A stretch of DNA of 64,000 bases from Octopus vulgaris. Lineage: Eukaryota. The notes under the pieces were generated by a model. The model did not search any database, was not told the DNA's origin, and saw only the letters and a list, made by a program, of their open reading frames with translations. The DNA lies in assembly GCA_951406725.2 (NCBI GenBank), contig OX597816.1, forward strand, positions 38,626,001 to 38,690,000, written 5' to 3'. Shown here in pieces: positions 12,529 to 26,225 of this stretch. Position numbers and translations under genes: made by a program. Position 1 is the first letter of the stretch. The number at the start of each line of letters is the position of its first letter.

Positions 12529-13030
12529 CTAAAAGATAGATAAAAAAAAAAAAAAACGTGTGCATCTCTGAAAATCAATGTAATCCTTCTGTGTTTGTTG
12601 TATGAAAGGATCATGTGATATTGATGCAGATGATAATGATTTTAAAGAGCTCAATTTAGTGTGTAAGATAAAAGCCATTCAGAACTTATGTAAACAACGA
12701 AAGAAGACTAAATAGCATTGTCAATCGCAATAGGAAGAACGCTAACAGCAGTGTCAGTGTAATATTTTTAACCATAAACATTGTCAGTTGATAAACAATC
12801 TCTTTTCAAGTTCAAACAGAATAAGAATACAAATGATAAACTGCTTTTTTTTTTGTTTTCTTTTCATCTTTTTAGAATGCAGTGAATTTTTCATAGCATT
12901 TAAAGTTATTTAATTACATCTCTAGTAAAAAAAAAAAAAAAGAAAAAAAGAAAACATGAGATCTACTGATAAATAACTATCGTTATATTTATCATGTATT
13001 CGTATTCACAAAAGATGTTTTTGTGTGTTT

Positions 13031-13033
<3 letters not shown>

Positions 13034-13102
<69 letters not shown>
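13034..13102. repeat. (GA)n microsatellite
   Basis: Direct reading. Confidence 0.95.
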
Positions 13103-13801
13103 AAGAAATAAACAAATTAACAGGTCGAAAGAGATAAAAAATGATATGCTATTCAAAAGAAATGTTTTACTATTTGTACAGATGCAAAAAATGAAGTTTA
13201 TTTTGACATCTTTTGAAAGATATAAGCAAAAAAAAAAAAAAAATTAAAAGTAATCCTTTAATAATATCTACTCTCAACTGGTCAGTGAATGATAGATACA
13301 TAATAATGAGAAAAAAAATGTAAAATGTCAAAATAGTTAGGGGTTAAGAAAGTAACACAAACAAAACAATTACTTTCATTTATTAAATAATTATTGTTTG
13401 TGGCAAATAAAGAGATCATTATCTCATCTTTCCTGGTAGTAATTTTTTTTTAATGAACAAATATGATATTAATCATAACACTGACAACTATCAATATATC
13501 TAATACAGTGAACATCAAAAAGCTAACTTAAAATAATTATGTAGTGAAAAAACAAAACAAAAGAAAAACTATATAAGAAACTAATATAAGTTTCATCTTA
13601 GCAAATATGGGAGACAAATTTCAGCTTGTTCCAATCTTATTATAACCTCATCTCTAAAATATAGAGTTCACCATGCTCACAGGAAATAGTGATGAAACGA
13701 TCACTAAGTAAATGTACAAGGTTATAAACATTGGTTGGTGTAAAAGAAAAAAAATAAGTAGAATTGTTTAGAGAATAGATTATCCTGAGACACCATCATC
13801 A

Positions 13802-14005
13802 TTAACTCTTTAACATTTAAACTGATCATATCCAGCCAAAATTTTCCATTTGGTTTATGTTCAAATTTACCAGATCCAGGCTCTCACACCTACCCTACAA
13901 TGTTATTCTACATTTAACAATCGAAGTCTCAAGGATATGAGATAATGCATGATTAATTCAAAACTATGTGAATCAATAAACATAATCCGAATGCTAAAGG
14001 GTTAA
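13802..14005. mobile_element. piggyBac-type MITE, family A
   Basis: ttaa-ctctttaacatt ... aatgctaaaggg-ttaa; homologous to 24398-24619 and 41974-42196. Confidence 0.85.
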
Positions 14006-15435
14006 TATACATAAACTTTTCTTTCCCTCCTTTTTGCTCTGTCACTCATCACTTTTCTCCTTACATTTTTTCTTAGTCTTGTTTATATTTCTTGGTGACG
14101 CCTTCCTATTGTTTGAGGAACCAGAATTTAACCAACTCCATAAGCTGAGAGACTTCAAGACATTAATTAACAACATTTAACCTTTCACCAAATAGCCCAT
14201 ACACACATACACCTGACATTGGATGAGCTAAGGTGTATAAACATAAGCAATGTGTAATTTCTCAAACAGCTGTCTTGGCAGGAATAAGTAGAGTTTTCAC
14301 TTAGGAAACTCTGGTCACTTTAGCTTTAATTTTCAAACCACCACCACCATCATGGTTGCCATCACCACCACCACCACCACCAACAACAAAAATAACAACA
14401 ACTACAACAGTAGCAGCAGCACATTAACAAATCAAGTCTTCCTCAAATGACCCCACTTCTGTCATGAAAAATAAAATCAAACACGTAGTCCAAAATGTAT
14501 AATGTAGAGGAGAATGACAAGATGGTCATGGTTGGAATACCTCGGATCACAGATCTGCTCAATCAGAGTTTATCATAATTTACATAAACATTTGATTTTT
14601 TTTTTTTTTTTTTTTCGACAATAGTATGAACAATCCGGTTGGCAAATGCTGCATCATTTACTGCAGTTTAATCAGTCATTTGTAACATCCAACACTCTCG
14701 CATATTTCTTGCACTATTCCAGATGTGACCACCATCTATGCTAATTCATAGCACTGTTCAAGCTGCAGTCACACCACCACTAAAACCAATGAAACAATCT
14801 CTCCTGCACATATTGGCCAATATGCCTTTGATTCTGAGCACTAAGGGATTGCTTGGAGCCCAATAAGGTAAAAAAGTGCAGATAACGGTAAAAAGAGTTA
14901 TACTCATACTGAAATATCAAACCTAAGCCGCTAGTAAAAGTGTTGAGCATGTGAACAGAATCTTATTCTGAAGGTCAAATAGTGTCACATATCAGCAATT
15001 CTTTCCCTTCCATTTTTTCATTACCATTCTTCCTTACACACACACACATGCACCAATAGCAACAGTAAAACTAAAATGACATAAACCACCATCTCTCTTC
15101 TAAATACAGGTGAGCTGTACCAATGTGCTGGAACTACTACATGATCAATCAAGCTTCCAATGTAGCATCCAAAATCTCTAGATGACGACATTTGCCTAAG
15201 CACAAAAAAAAAACACACACACAAACACACACACTCTCTCTCTCTCTCTCTCTCTCCATGTGTGTTCTTTATTGTTGAGCAATAGTAATATCATCTTCAT
15301 CTCTCTCTCTCTGCTTTCCCGACTATCTTCTCTTATATGGACTCTCCCCTTCAGAACTTGCTATATATTTGAAACCATCTGTTACATCTGACCCTATGGT
15401 TAATATATATGTGTGTGTGTGTGTGTGATGTATGA

Positions 15436-15481
<46 letters not shown>

Positions 15482-15514
15482 ATATATATGTGTATATATA
15501 TGTGTGTGTGTGTG

Positions 15515-15549
<35 letters not shown>

Positions 15550-17563
15550 TATGAATGTATATACACATACACATGTATATATATGTATATTTGTTTGTTA
15601 CTGTGGAGTGTTTCAATAAATAAACCTAACAAGCAGAACTGGAGCCTCAATACAGACTAGTACCACAGTTCAATATACTCATATACAGTGAAATACAGCA
15701 ACTTAACAAAAATATTCACAGTTAATGCCTTAGTGGGTTTTTCTGTTTTTGTTTTTACCTTTTATATATATATTTTCATGTCTGATTTTACTGAGGAGTT
15801 AATCCAGACAGAAGTGGGTGGTGGTAGTGGTTGAAAGGGTGGGGGGAAATGGAAAAAAAAAAAAGAGAAAGACAGAAAATAGTAACAAAATTAAAAATGA
15901 AACAAAACTGAAAATAAAAGGAAAGTGTTTGCTTCCCAAAATCTCTGAGTGGAGGAATTAATAGGTGTAGGAAGGTTGAATGCAGTTCTGCTGTATCTTC
16001 AGACCAGACACAATGATAAAGAAGTGTGATAATGTAACAGGAGTCAATAACTCTTGACTATGTAGAGTACTACATTTTAAATGATAAAACATGAAATAAC
16101 ATTTGATATTCACCATAACTTGAGGGTGGTAGGATGGGTGAAAGGGTGGAAGATATAGGGAAGACTTTGGCAGAGAACGAGAGAGAGAAATATTGGATAT
16201 GGTGGAAGAGAGTGAGAGAGAGAGAGAGATCAATGAATTAGGTAAAAGAAATAGAGACAGACAGAGGAAATCAGAGAATGAAGGAAGGAGATGAAATGAA
16301 TGGAGAAAGAGGAAATAAATTGGGAAAGAGTGTGTGTGTGTGTGTGCGTGCATTAAAAAAAAGTGACTATGAGAGTGGGAGGGAAAGGATTACAGAAAAT
16401 AGAGGGGTAGGAGAAAATTAAAGAGGAGAGAAAAGTGAAAGACTAAGATATTGAACAGAGAACCCATTACAAGAGGGGGAGAGAGAGAGAGAGAGAGAGA
16501 TGAAAAGGCAGAGACAAATAGCAAAAGTGACTGAGAGTGATGAAAAGAAAGAGAAAGAGAAAGATGAAGAAAAGAGGACTTAATAACAGCAAGAAAATAG
16601 ATTTTCAACATAGGGAAATTAAATACACACAGACAGAAGCCACCATTCACCACTATCAACATCACAACCACCAATAAATACAGCAGCTGGTACCATTCTG
16701 TTCACATACACACACACACACACACACAAGAAAGAAAAAAAAAACTTGCACCAATTGCAATGCAACAAGGTGCAATCTCCAGGCAAGCAATGCTATATAC
16801 AACAGTCTGGTGTGAAACATGACACCATCCAATATTGTTGATTTTTTTTCTCTCTCTCTCTCTCTCTTTCACTCTCCTCTAACAAACAATAGCACAGACG
16901 CCAGCAGTGGAGAATGGACCGATGGAAAAAAAAAAAAAAGTGTCGGAATGGAATGGAGTTGGGGGGGTGGGGGTGGCGGAGGGAAGGATGGGGGAGGGGA
17001 GAGTGAGAGAATCATGGACCTGCTAGATTCTCTCCAAAACTTGCCTTGCTACTGATCTTCATCCAACAAGCATTTGTCGGAAATTGGATGATCATAAACT
17101 AAATGTAGATAGATGTTGCTGTAGCTGTTTTTTTTGTTGTTGTTGTTGTTGTTGTTTTTTTGTTTCTTTCTACACAAGTAACTTTCTACTTCAAGCTATT
17201 TTCTAGATGCTTCTCTCTCATCAGTTGCAGTGAATTCAGCTGTCAGTAGAAAGAGAATGTGTTAGAAAAATATGTATGTATGTATGTGTGTATGTATACA
17301 TATGCTTGCCATGTGTCCTGTAAATCAGTCAGGTTTTTCAAATGTATATATATAAAAAAAAAACAAAAAAACCCCAAGAATGTTAAAATGTTGCTTTATT
17401 TATTGCACACCCTGTAATCTCTTTGTATTTATGCATGCAAAGGTGTGTGTGTGTGTGTGTGTGCATGGATGTGTAAATGCATATCAGGAGGAAGAGAGAG
17501 AGATAAACACACAATCGTATATTTACGGAATTATATGCATGAATATACATACATGTGTGTGTG

Positions 17564-17605
<42 letters not shown>

Positions 17606-18685
17606 TACACACGCACACACACATATGCACATACATACAGATATATATATAGAGAGAAAGAGGCAGACAGAGGAAGAAAGATAGACAGATCATGTATTCA
17701 TGTATATATTTATATTTAAATGTCCACACATGCACACACATACAAGCACGCACACACATATTTGATTCCCATCAGTGGACTCATTCTTATTTTTTTCCAC
17801 TTCCAAATTATTGTTTACATACACATATAACATTTCGTTCACACTCACACGCTATTTCCTTCTCTTCACCTTTCTATCTTCATCAGCATTACATTGCTAA
17901 CATGGTTGTAATGGGCATTTTTTTCTTCATTTTTATTATTATTATTATTTTTTATTTATTTATTTATTTATTTTTTTTTTTTTTACAAATTTGTACATTT
18001 GCATATTGCTGGAGAAAAAAAATTTATGGCTGATTGCACTTGCAATCGCTAACTACTCAACTGTAATGTGGGAATGGAACCTGTTAGCAATGAGGCACAC
18101 TAATGCAACTATAGTCAATATACATAAAGGTGGCGAACTGGTCAAGTTGTTAAAGTGTCAGATAGATTGCCTTATAGTATTCCTTCCGGCTTGCTTCTAC
18201 CTGAGTTCATATCCTGCCAAGGTCAACTTTACATTTCATCGTTTCGGGATTAATGAAATAAATAACCAGTCATGCACCAGGATTAATTCTTCTCTCTCAC
18301 CACCTGTCTGTCTGTCTGTATCTCAGTGGTCAGACATGAAGAGAGACGGGTTCTGCCAAGTCGAAAAATGCTCCAAGACACATTATGGCACAATGCCCTC
18401 CATAACCTCCATAACTATCAAGAGTCGAGTGTCTAAGTAAAGCAAGGCAATTATGTACATACATCAGAAGAACAACACAATTTGCAGTATTCACGCATGA
18501 ACTCATGATCATGAATATGCCTGAGCATGTGTGTGTGTGTGCATGCACATGCAGGCAGACAATTGTTAAGAATGGGTGCAGATCAGATTGAGGAGTCAGT
18601 GTTTGTTGGAAATACAAATATATGCCTCACATGTACAAAAACAATTAGTCTTGTTCTGATTATGATACTTTGATTTCAACAATAG

Positions 18686-18947
18686 ATCATCATCACCATT
18701 GTTCGACCGTGGTCGAGACTTTCATAGTCTTTTCAAATGGCTAATAATGTGTGCACGCGCCACTACTACACACATTGGAAAGCATTGTACAACCAAGTAC
18801 TAAAGAAGATCTTTCCTCCTCCATGAAACAAAGCTGTTCCCGCTGGACGTCAAACCAGTATTTCTAAGCTACGGACCGAGTGATTTATTGTAAGGTTATC
18901 TCCCTAGATAGATTGCCTTCACTACGGCTAAGGAGCCCTTTCTACCC
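18686..18947 (-). mobile_element. Retroposon fragment with RTE-like (GAT)n tail
   Basis: catcatcacc tail and ctagatagattgccttc..cggctaaggagccc motif; CpG retained. Confidence 0.4.
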
Positions 18948-19077
18948 CAACAATAGAAGTATGTCACAATATTTACTTACTGTAAAGAAATAACATGTTT
19001 ATATACATAAATATGAAAGATCATTATATGGATCCCTTGTATATATGTATGTATATATATATATATACTCTTTTCTC

Positions 19078-19213
19078 TCTTTTACTTGTTTCAGTCATTT
19101 GACTGTGGCCATGCTGGAGCACCGCCTTTAGTCGAGCAAATCGACCCTGGGACTTATTATTTTGTAAGCCCAGTACTTCTTCTATCGGTCTTTTTTTGCC
19201 GAACCGCTAAGTG
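19078..19213. mobile_element. SINE-like interspersed repeat (tttacttgtttcagtcatttgactgtggccatgctggagcac family)
   Basis: Homologous copies at ~21357-21510, 27790-27990 and 32810-32905. Confidence 0.75.
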
Positions 19214-19574
19214 ATATATATATATCTGTTAAAGCAAATTTTCTTTGCCAACCGTCATCTGCTTCTAAGCAAGGTAATATTTTCTTCAAGGAAGATTGGA
19301 AAAAAAAAAAAGTAACACTGCTTGTAAGGCAGTGAGACTCATTTACAACTACCAACATGATGTAAAGATACAGATTCACAGACATTCACATAAATACATG
19401 TATATATACAACATACACGTGTTGATATTTATGCGCGCGTGTGTGTGTGTTTATGTCACCATCATGACACTTCAAGGTGCTACAAAGTCAGACTGAATCA
19501 CAGATCTTTAACTCCCTCCTCCATATAAATAAATAAATACACATACACACATACATATATATATATATATACAC

Positions 19575-19900
19575 ACAATAAGAGGCTTCCAAATAGGGAA
19601 GCGTTGTGCTCGAACACAAAAAGGGATAAATTCATGAAAGGAATGAAAATTAAAAACAATGGCCATCTCATGCTGAAAATAGTTAGAAACCGTCGGTCTG
19701 GGATATAGTTGAGATGGTAAATGTTTTCAATTTTCATTCCTTTCATGAATTTATCCCTTTTTGTGTTCTAGCACAACGCTTCCTATTTGGAAGCCTCTTA
19801 TTGTATTTCTATATGAATAATATACAGTCTAATGACTAATTCGCTTTTTGTGCTAGGCCACAGGTAATAATAATTTATTATTACCTTATTTTATTATGTT
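19575..19900. mobile_element. Palindromic Penelope-like insert (arms 19575-19670 and 19710-19804)
   Basis: ~95-bp near-perfect inverted arms; the loop contains GAAAC-C-GTC-G-GTC; flanked by (TA)n. Confidence 0.7.
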
Positions 19901-19944
19901 TATATATATATATATATACACACACACATACATATTGACCAGAT

Positions 19945-20195
19945 TATCAGACGTTACACACAGCTGGTCACAATGAGCTTCCTTACACTGCTGTAGCCTT
20001 CAAACAATGCTACCTTGTTGGCCAAAATGGAATGTGAGTCTGTCGTAGTGTTACCTATCTACAGCTGAGTGGACTGGAGCAACATGAAATAAAGCTTATT
20101 GTTCAAGAATACAACATACCACCAGTCTGGGAACAAAAACCCTAATCTTGCAATCATGAGCATAACACCCTAGCCAATAGGTTATGCACCTTCAT
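19945..20195 (-). mobile_element. tRNA-derived SINE (cagctgagtggactggagcaacatgaaataaag family)
   Basis: Homologous to 28535-28830 and 33345-33590. Confidence 0.7.
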
Positions 20196-23139
20196 ATTTC
20201 ACATGTACAAACTCATGTTAATTGACAATGATGACAGCCATTATAAACACATCCAGATTTTGTTTAATGAACAAACACAAAATGTGTAATGCTGCATTCC
20301 TTAGGTTTCATCCAGTGGGTTGTAAGGTCATGCTGGAGCACTGGCATCAATGCTGGAACAATCTCAATCTTCCTTATGTGATTGGAATTGGACGAATGAG
20401 GAAGTTTGATAATGCTGTTCCGCTGCCTTCTTACATGTTTCTTGTTTGGTGTAAAGACACTCATCTGCAATCATCATTATCATTTAATGTCCATTTTTCC
20501 ATGCTGATTGAACGGTTTGACAAGAGTGGCTGCACCAGGCTCCAGCCATCTGTTTTGGCATGGTTTCTATATGGCTGGATGCACTTCCTAAAGCCTACTA
20601 CTTCAAAGAATGTATTGGGTGCTTTTTATGTGATACTATTACAAGTGCATTTTACATGGTGTCAACACAGGCTGCAATCTTACACAGTAAAATATCCAAG
20701 ATGGTAGCTTATACTGGCACCACATAAAAAGCACCTGCAATCTTACATAGTCAAATATCTAACGGTTGTTTGAATGTGTTCACATCTATTTTGAATTTTA
20801 CAGTTGAAAACAGTAAAGTGCTCAATATATGCTTGCAAGGAAATATGTCATAAGTAGACTGCCACCTCCTCCCCACATACACATATTTATATTTTTAAAA
20901 AAAGAATTTCATAATGTTTTCTTGTATGTGTTTCCATGCATGTATTTGCAATTTAAACACTGCACCAAAAAGGTTTCTGTGATGTTTAAGATGAATATGA
21001 ATAAAACATTTCCAAAGGTCAACCACTTCATCATATCCAAAGAGACAGAACTTGTGCCAAACCTGATTAACAGATTTTTATCAAATCAAAGAGCAGTTTT
21101 GGGTTAGATAAGGTAATGGCTAAAGGATTAGACATCATTAAATCCAAGTTGTTGATAACTATATCCTCCACTCTGCAACTCAATTACACAATAAATAGCA
21201 TCAGGTAGATAGAAAAAAGAAATTGTGCTGATGATGGAGTCTCTACATGTAATTGCTTAACCAGCTAAAAACAGAAATTGGCTGCTTTTTCAGGTAGATC
21301 AAGCAACCACATGGTGGCTCCATTGCCAACTCAATTAGCAGATGTTATATCTTTATCTTTTACTTGTGTCAGTCATTGGACTGCAACCATGCTGGGGCCC
21401 TGTCTTGAAAGGTTTAGTCGAATTGGTTGACCCTAGCATTTATTTTTAAGTTTGGTATTTATTCTATTGGTTTCTTATGCCAAACTGCTAAGTTGCAGAG
21501 ACATACACAAACTAAGCTGAGAAGTGTGTGTGGGGGGGGGACAAAAAGCATAAATACAAAAATTACACACAATAGCCTTCTTTCAGTTTCATAGTCAATG
21601 GCACAAGTGAATCCAAAGCAGGCCTTAAGTCTTTAACAACACACAGCATTAGTAAGAGGTAGTTTGCATTTACATTATAAAGTGATATCTGACTGAATAC
21701 AGAATTTTGTTTGGACAGTTCGACTTTGATGACTGTGAAATGTGTTCACTGAGTTAATAAAAGACTAACAAGATTTCAAGATTTATTAATCCTTTAACTG
21801 CGAAATTAAATTTCATGGCTATTCCAGTAATGATGTTCAATATCAAGCAGAGAAGAAAAGAAAAAGAAAAAAACAGAATTGGTATTTTTTGCAACTCATG
21901 TTGCCTCAATAAACTAGACATATCTCAACAGAAAATAGCTTCAAACATGACATTCCTCAACAAAAGATAGATTGGTATATATAACTGCTATTTACTTGGT
22001 AAGGGAAATATAATTTTGAGTGGTTATATCTGGAAATCAAACAGTGAAAAGTGCAACCCTTCTCACCTTCCAATTGTATTGCAGCTGAATAAAATAGCCC
22101 TTCAAAAGCCAGCCCTCAGTTTAACCATAATTTACCAATTTCCTTTATATGCTTTCACTGCAAGTGGTACCACTTGTAGGTACTGATAACTTGGGCTGTA
22201 TACTAAGATGTGCCACATCAAGTTCGGGTCGTTGATAAGCAAAATGGAAAATATGAAAACAACAATTAAAATAAACAGTTTATTCTTATATTTAATAAAA
22301 TGTAGTAAACATCTTTGTGTTTTGAGATACACTTTCTATTCCTTGTAAAAAAAATTTTTTAATTCTATTTGTAATGGGCTCTCACAACACAACAGCTTGT
22401 TCATAATTGCAAATAAGTAAAGAATTAGGGCTCTAGCCAACCCTACTACTACTGTTCCTGGTTGCAAGGAAACAAGTACTAGAAGAATAATTAAAAAATT
22501 ACCATTTACTAGAGTAGATACTCTGTCCTAAGTTTGGCTGTATGAAATTTAAGATAGTTATTTTATCTGGGAATTAATAATACCTTCAAAGAGTGACATT
22601 TATTGAACACTTTTTTTTTCTTTCTTTTTTTAGGAATGTACCAATTAACTGGCAGATAATCAGTAAGCAGTCATATCAGCCTTTTGCTGATTAATCAGTA
22701 TTGGTTTTTTTGGCCTGTTTTGATAATCAACTGTTCTTGTTTTATTATTATTATTTATTATTATTATTATTATTATTATTGAGTAGCATGTATGCTGGAC
22801 AAAGAAAATTCAGAAAATTATATTGGATTCAAAGCGTTAAAGTACATAAGAAACATAATATTTCCTAGGATACACAATCTCAGCCCACCTGTGCCATCTA
22901 ACCCCTTCATGGTACTTGAAGGAACTGATTTATGCAACCAGAATTACTTGGGACTGCCACGGGGATATAATTTTCTGTAGATAAAAGGGTGTCAAAGTAG
23001 TAGAGCCACCCCATACCCTCCTGAGATGTGTTTAATTGATCTTTTAAAAAGGAATTAATTGAAAAATTTTCCATTAATAATGATCCCGGCTATCTTAACA
23101 TTCTTAAAAAATAAAATTAGTAATCAAATTTGAAAACTC

Positions 23140-24860
23140 TTAAATTATAATGTAAAAAGAACATCAAAATGCTCTGTTTTCAAGGTACAGCTATGTTTTC
23201 TTGCAGGCTCAGTATATGTTACTTCTTGTGCTGGATACTCATTCACTTTTGACAGAAGAAGCTGGGGCAGTAAGGTACATCAAAGTAAGCTTGCTCAAAT
23301 AAGAGTAAACTTGTTTTGAATTTCTCAACAACAAAAACAGATTATCATGTTTTGATGACAAGAGTAAATCTAAATATTCTCCCATTTATTTATTGTTTCT
23401 TTCTTTGTTTTTGTCCCTTTAGGATGCCTACTCATCATCATTCTTCTGTTTACTTGAAGCTAACTTATCAAATAAATTTAAACACAATAGAGACACCCCT
23501 CCATGTTCTTGTACAATCTTTGGAAACAGAAGAATCAACTAAACTCTCTTTACATTCTGAAGCATCAGTGCTCTCCAAATTAACAGATGTCCATTCTTTT
23601 ATTTATTTATTTATTTATTTATTCCTAATATCTGTTCTTCGAAATTTCATTTTAAATCTTCAATCTAGCAAAGAAGACAAACACAAACACTTGTTTTCCA
23701 AATATGTTGAAAATCTATTCTAAATTGAAAACCAAAGTTGTACTGTGATATGAGTCCCAGCAAAGGAAATGCTTGTCTTTGCCTTTAATAGAAATGATTT
23801 CATAGTTTGAATTGGGATAATTATTGAAGAAATGGCTTCTTGCTCACTTCCTCAATAATTTCATTGAATGGTTTAATAAGTTCGACAATTTTTTTTTTTC
23901 TGTAAGAGTCCACTGATAAGCACTTAACGTAGGGATGTTACTATCTATAGTACATGTAACAAGGGCTTTTCGCTGTTCATTATTTCTTTCCAGCTTGTAG
24001 TACATTGAATTCCAGTGTGTAGACACATCCTGAATTAATTTGTGTTTCTTTAAACCCAGCTGTTCATGTAATTCTGTCAACTTGCTTGCAGCTACAGCAG
24101 AATAATTAAAGTGCTTAACGATATTTGTATTAGTCGTGATAATAGTTTTTACAGCTTGCTGAGCAAATATAGGTTCACTCAATGAAAAGCGAACTGTATA
24201 AATGAAGCATGATAGTGACTTTGCCACAATTCCAGACTCCACCAATCATACATGCTTCAGAATCGTGCAACATGAAGAAAATATCATTTCCAAATTAGTT
24301 AATTTGTGCACCCATGTGAGTGTCTTCAAAAGGAGCAATTTGCAAAAGTTTTTTTTTTCTTTTTGAAACTGATCTGTCAACTGGTGACTTGTTATACTTA
24401 ACCCTTTAAACTGGCTATATCCAGCCTAAAATGTTCAACTTGTTTTATGTTCAAACTGACCAGATCAGGCCTCTTACATCTACCCAACAATGTCGTTCAA
24501 ATTATAAACAATCACATCATTGAAATCTCTAAGCTATGAGATAATTCGTGATTTATACAAAACAATATGAATGAATAAGTATTACAATTGACAGAGTAAT
24601 CTGAAAGTTAAAGGGTTAAAGAAAGAAAAGTAAAGAAAAACTAGTGACTTAGACTAAAAAGTGGAGAATTATTTGTAGTAGCTGTCCAAATGTCAGTGGT
24701 TAAAGAAATATGGATGGCATCAATAACAAATTTCTAAATTTTTGCTTGTATTTTCTGATATATATATATATATATATAGCATTGTTACCAGATGGAGGAA
24801 GTTTTACATAAGTTATGCCATGATAACATGAAGCAATGTATTACTATAAACACCATTTAC
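23140..24860 (-). mobile_element. Decayed hAT (Ac/ZBED-like) transposase
   Basis: ISLTTDIWTAT (24678-24709), SFLSITSHQL (split by a MITE), KLIQDVSTHWNSMYYKLER, and dimerisation-domain LSKLTLMYLTAPASSVKSE (~23242-23300); many stops. Confidence 0.9.
24398..24619. mobile_element. piggyBac-type MITE, family A, nested in the hAT transposase
   Basis: ttaa-cccttta ... taaaggg-ttaa; removing it restores the hAT reading SFLSITSHQL. Confidence 0.9.
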
Positions 24861-24977
24861 TCCTGGTATTTTGTAATTTTTTAAATATTGTGTGGATCAC
24901 AAGATCACTTGTTTTGTGTCAATGCACAGCCTCTTCTGTTTAACATAGGTTGTTAAACCTATACCCTAGTCCTGTAA

Positions 24978-25773
24978 ATGTTTTCCAACTTGGAGCCATG
25001 GCTAAGTTCAGCAAGGCCACAGAAAAAGTTTGGAATTGGGGAGGCACAGAGAGAACAGGTTCAATAAAGGGGGCCACTACTGTTTCTTCTCAAAATTTTT
25101 TCTTATTGTCTGTATTTCTTTAAAATTTACAAAAACATACACACATACATTTCTATATACTATGTTCTGTCATGACAAAAAAAAAAGTGATTCCTTTGGC
25201 AGTTCAATAATAATTTACCATTGATAATATATTAAGTTGGTATTGTGCTCAAAAAGTAATTATTTTTCAGAAATTATAAAATTTTCAGTGTGTCAAATAC
25301 AAGTTTTTTGTACGATTCTAAATAGTTGTTTTATTTAAATCACAAAATATTTTTTGTTTTTGTGAAATAAAATAATGGAGAATAAATGTGCAATTAATTA
25401 ACACTGATATTTTTATGGAGTTTATTATATTAATGGTAGAAAACATTACACCTTTGAAAAAGAATTTTTTTTAACACTTATTTATTATTATGAATTTTTG
25501 TTTAAAAGTTGTTTACAAGTTATCAATTTTTAAATATTTGTTGAAATAAATTTCATGATAATTAAACTAATTTAAAACAATATTTAAAATTTCATTATTT
25601 GATAAATTTCGCAAATTTTATCTTTATTATGGGTTTTAAAGGTGACCTATTTCTACTAAGAATCATTTATTACAAAACTGAAATGCTGTTTTTTGATAAC
25701 ATCTAGGGGGCCACAGAAAAATTGAAGAAACCCAGAATTCCTAGTATAAGCCAAAAAAAGTTGGAGACCACTA
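24978..25773. mobile_element. Probable hAT-like non-autonomous element
   Basis: Ends tgttttccaac... and ...aaaagttggagaccact; subterminal ggggccac motifs near both ends; AT-rich interior. Confidence 0.45.
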
Positions 25774-25829
25774 CTGTAAATCATTCTAGACAAAGAATAT
25801 GATGACCTAAGATCTATTTTTATTCAGAA

Positions 25830-26225
25830 CTAGCAGTATCGCCCGGTGTTGCTCGGGTTGTAAGGGAAATAACGATATAAGCATTTTTAGAGAGTTATAG
25901 CCAAAAAATAGCAAAAAAAATGCATTAAAAATTGAAAAAAAATTAAGGTAAATTTTTTTTTAAATCGTTGACACATCGTAGATATTTTTAGAGAGTTACT
26001 TCCCTTATATAAAAGCGAAAAAAATGCATTAAAATGGAAAAATATGATGGTAAATTTTTTTTAAATCGTAGACTCATCGTAGACACGCGCTAATACCCAG
26101 AAGGGCTCGATATGAATCACGACTATAAGATACCTGCTTTTGGTTAAACTGCACCGCAAAATGTGGGAGTAATTACGAATGTAAATCGAAGGGGACAGAC
26201 ACACAACTTCACTCTTATATAAAGA
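25830..26225 (-). mobile_element. Non-autonomous Helitron
   Basis: Minus strand a|tctttatataagagtg ... cccgagcaacaccgggcgatactg-ctag|t (5' TC, 3' hairpin plus CTAG, A|T target); same family as 57691-57984, with an internal duplication. Confidence 0.9.
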
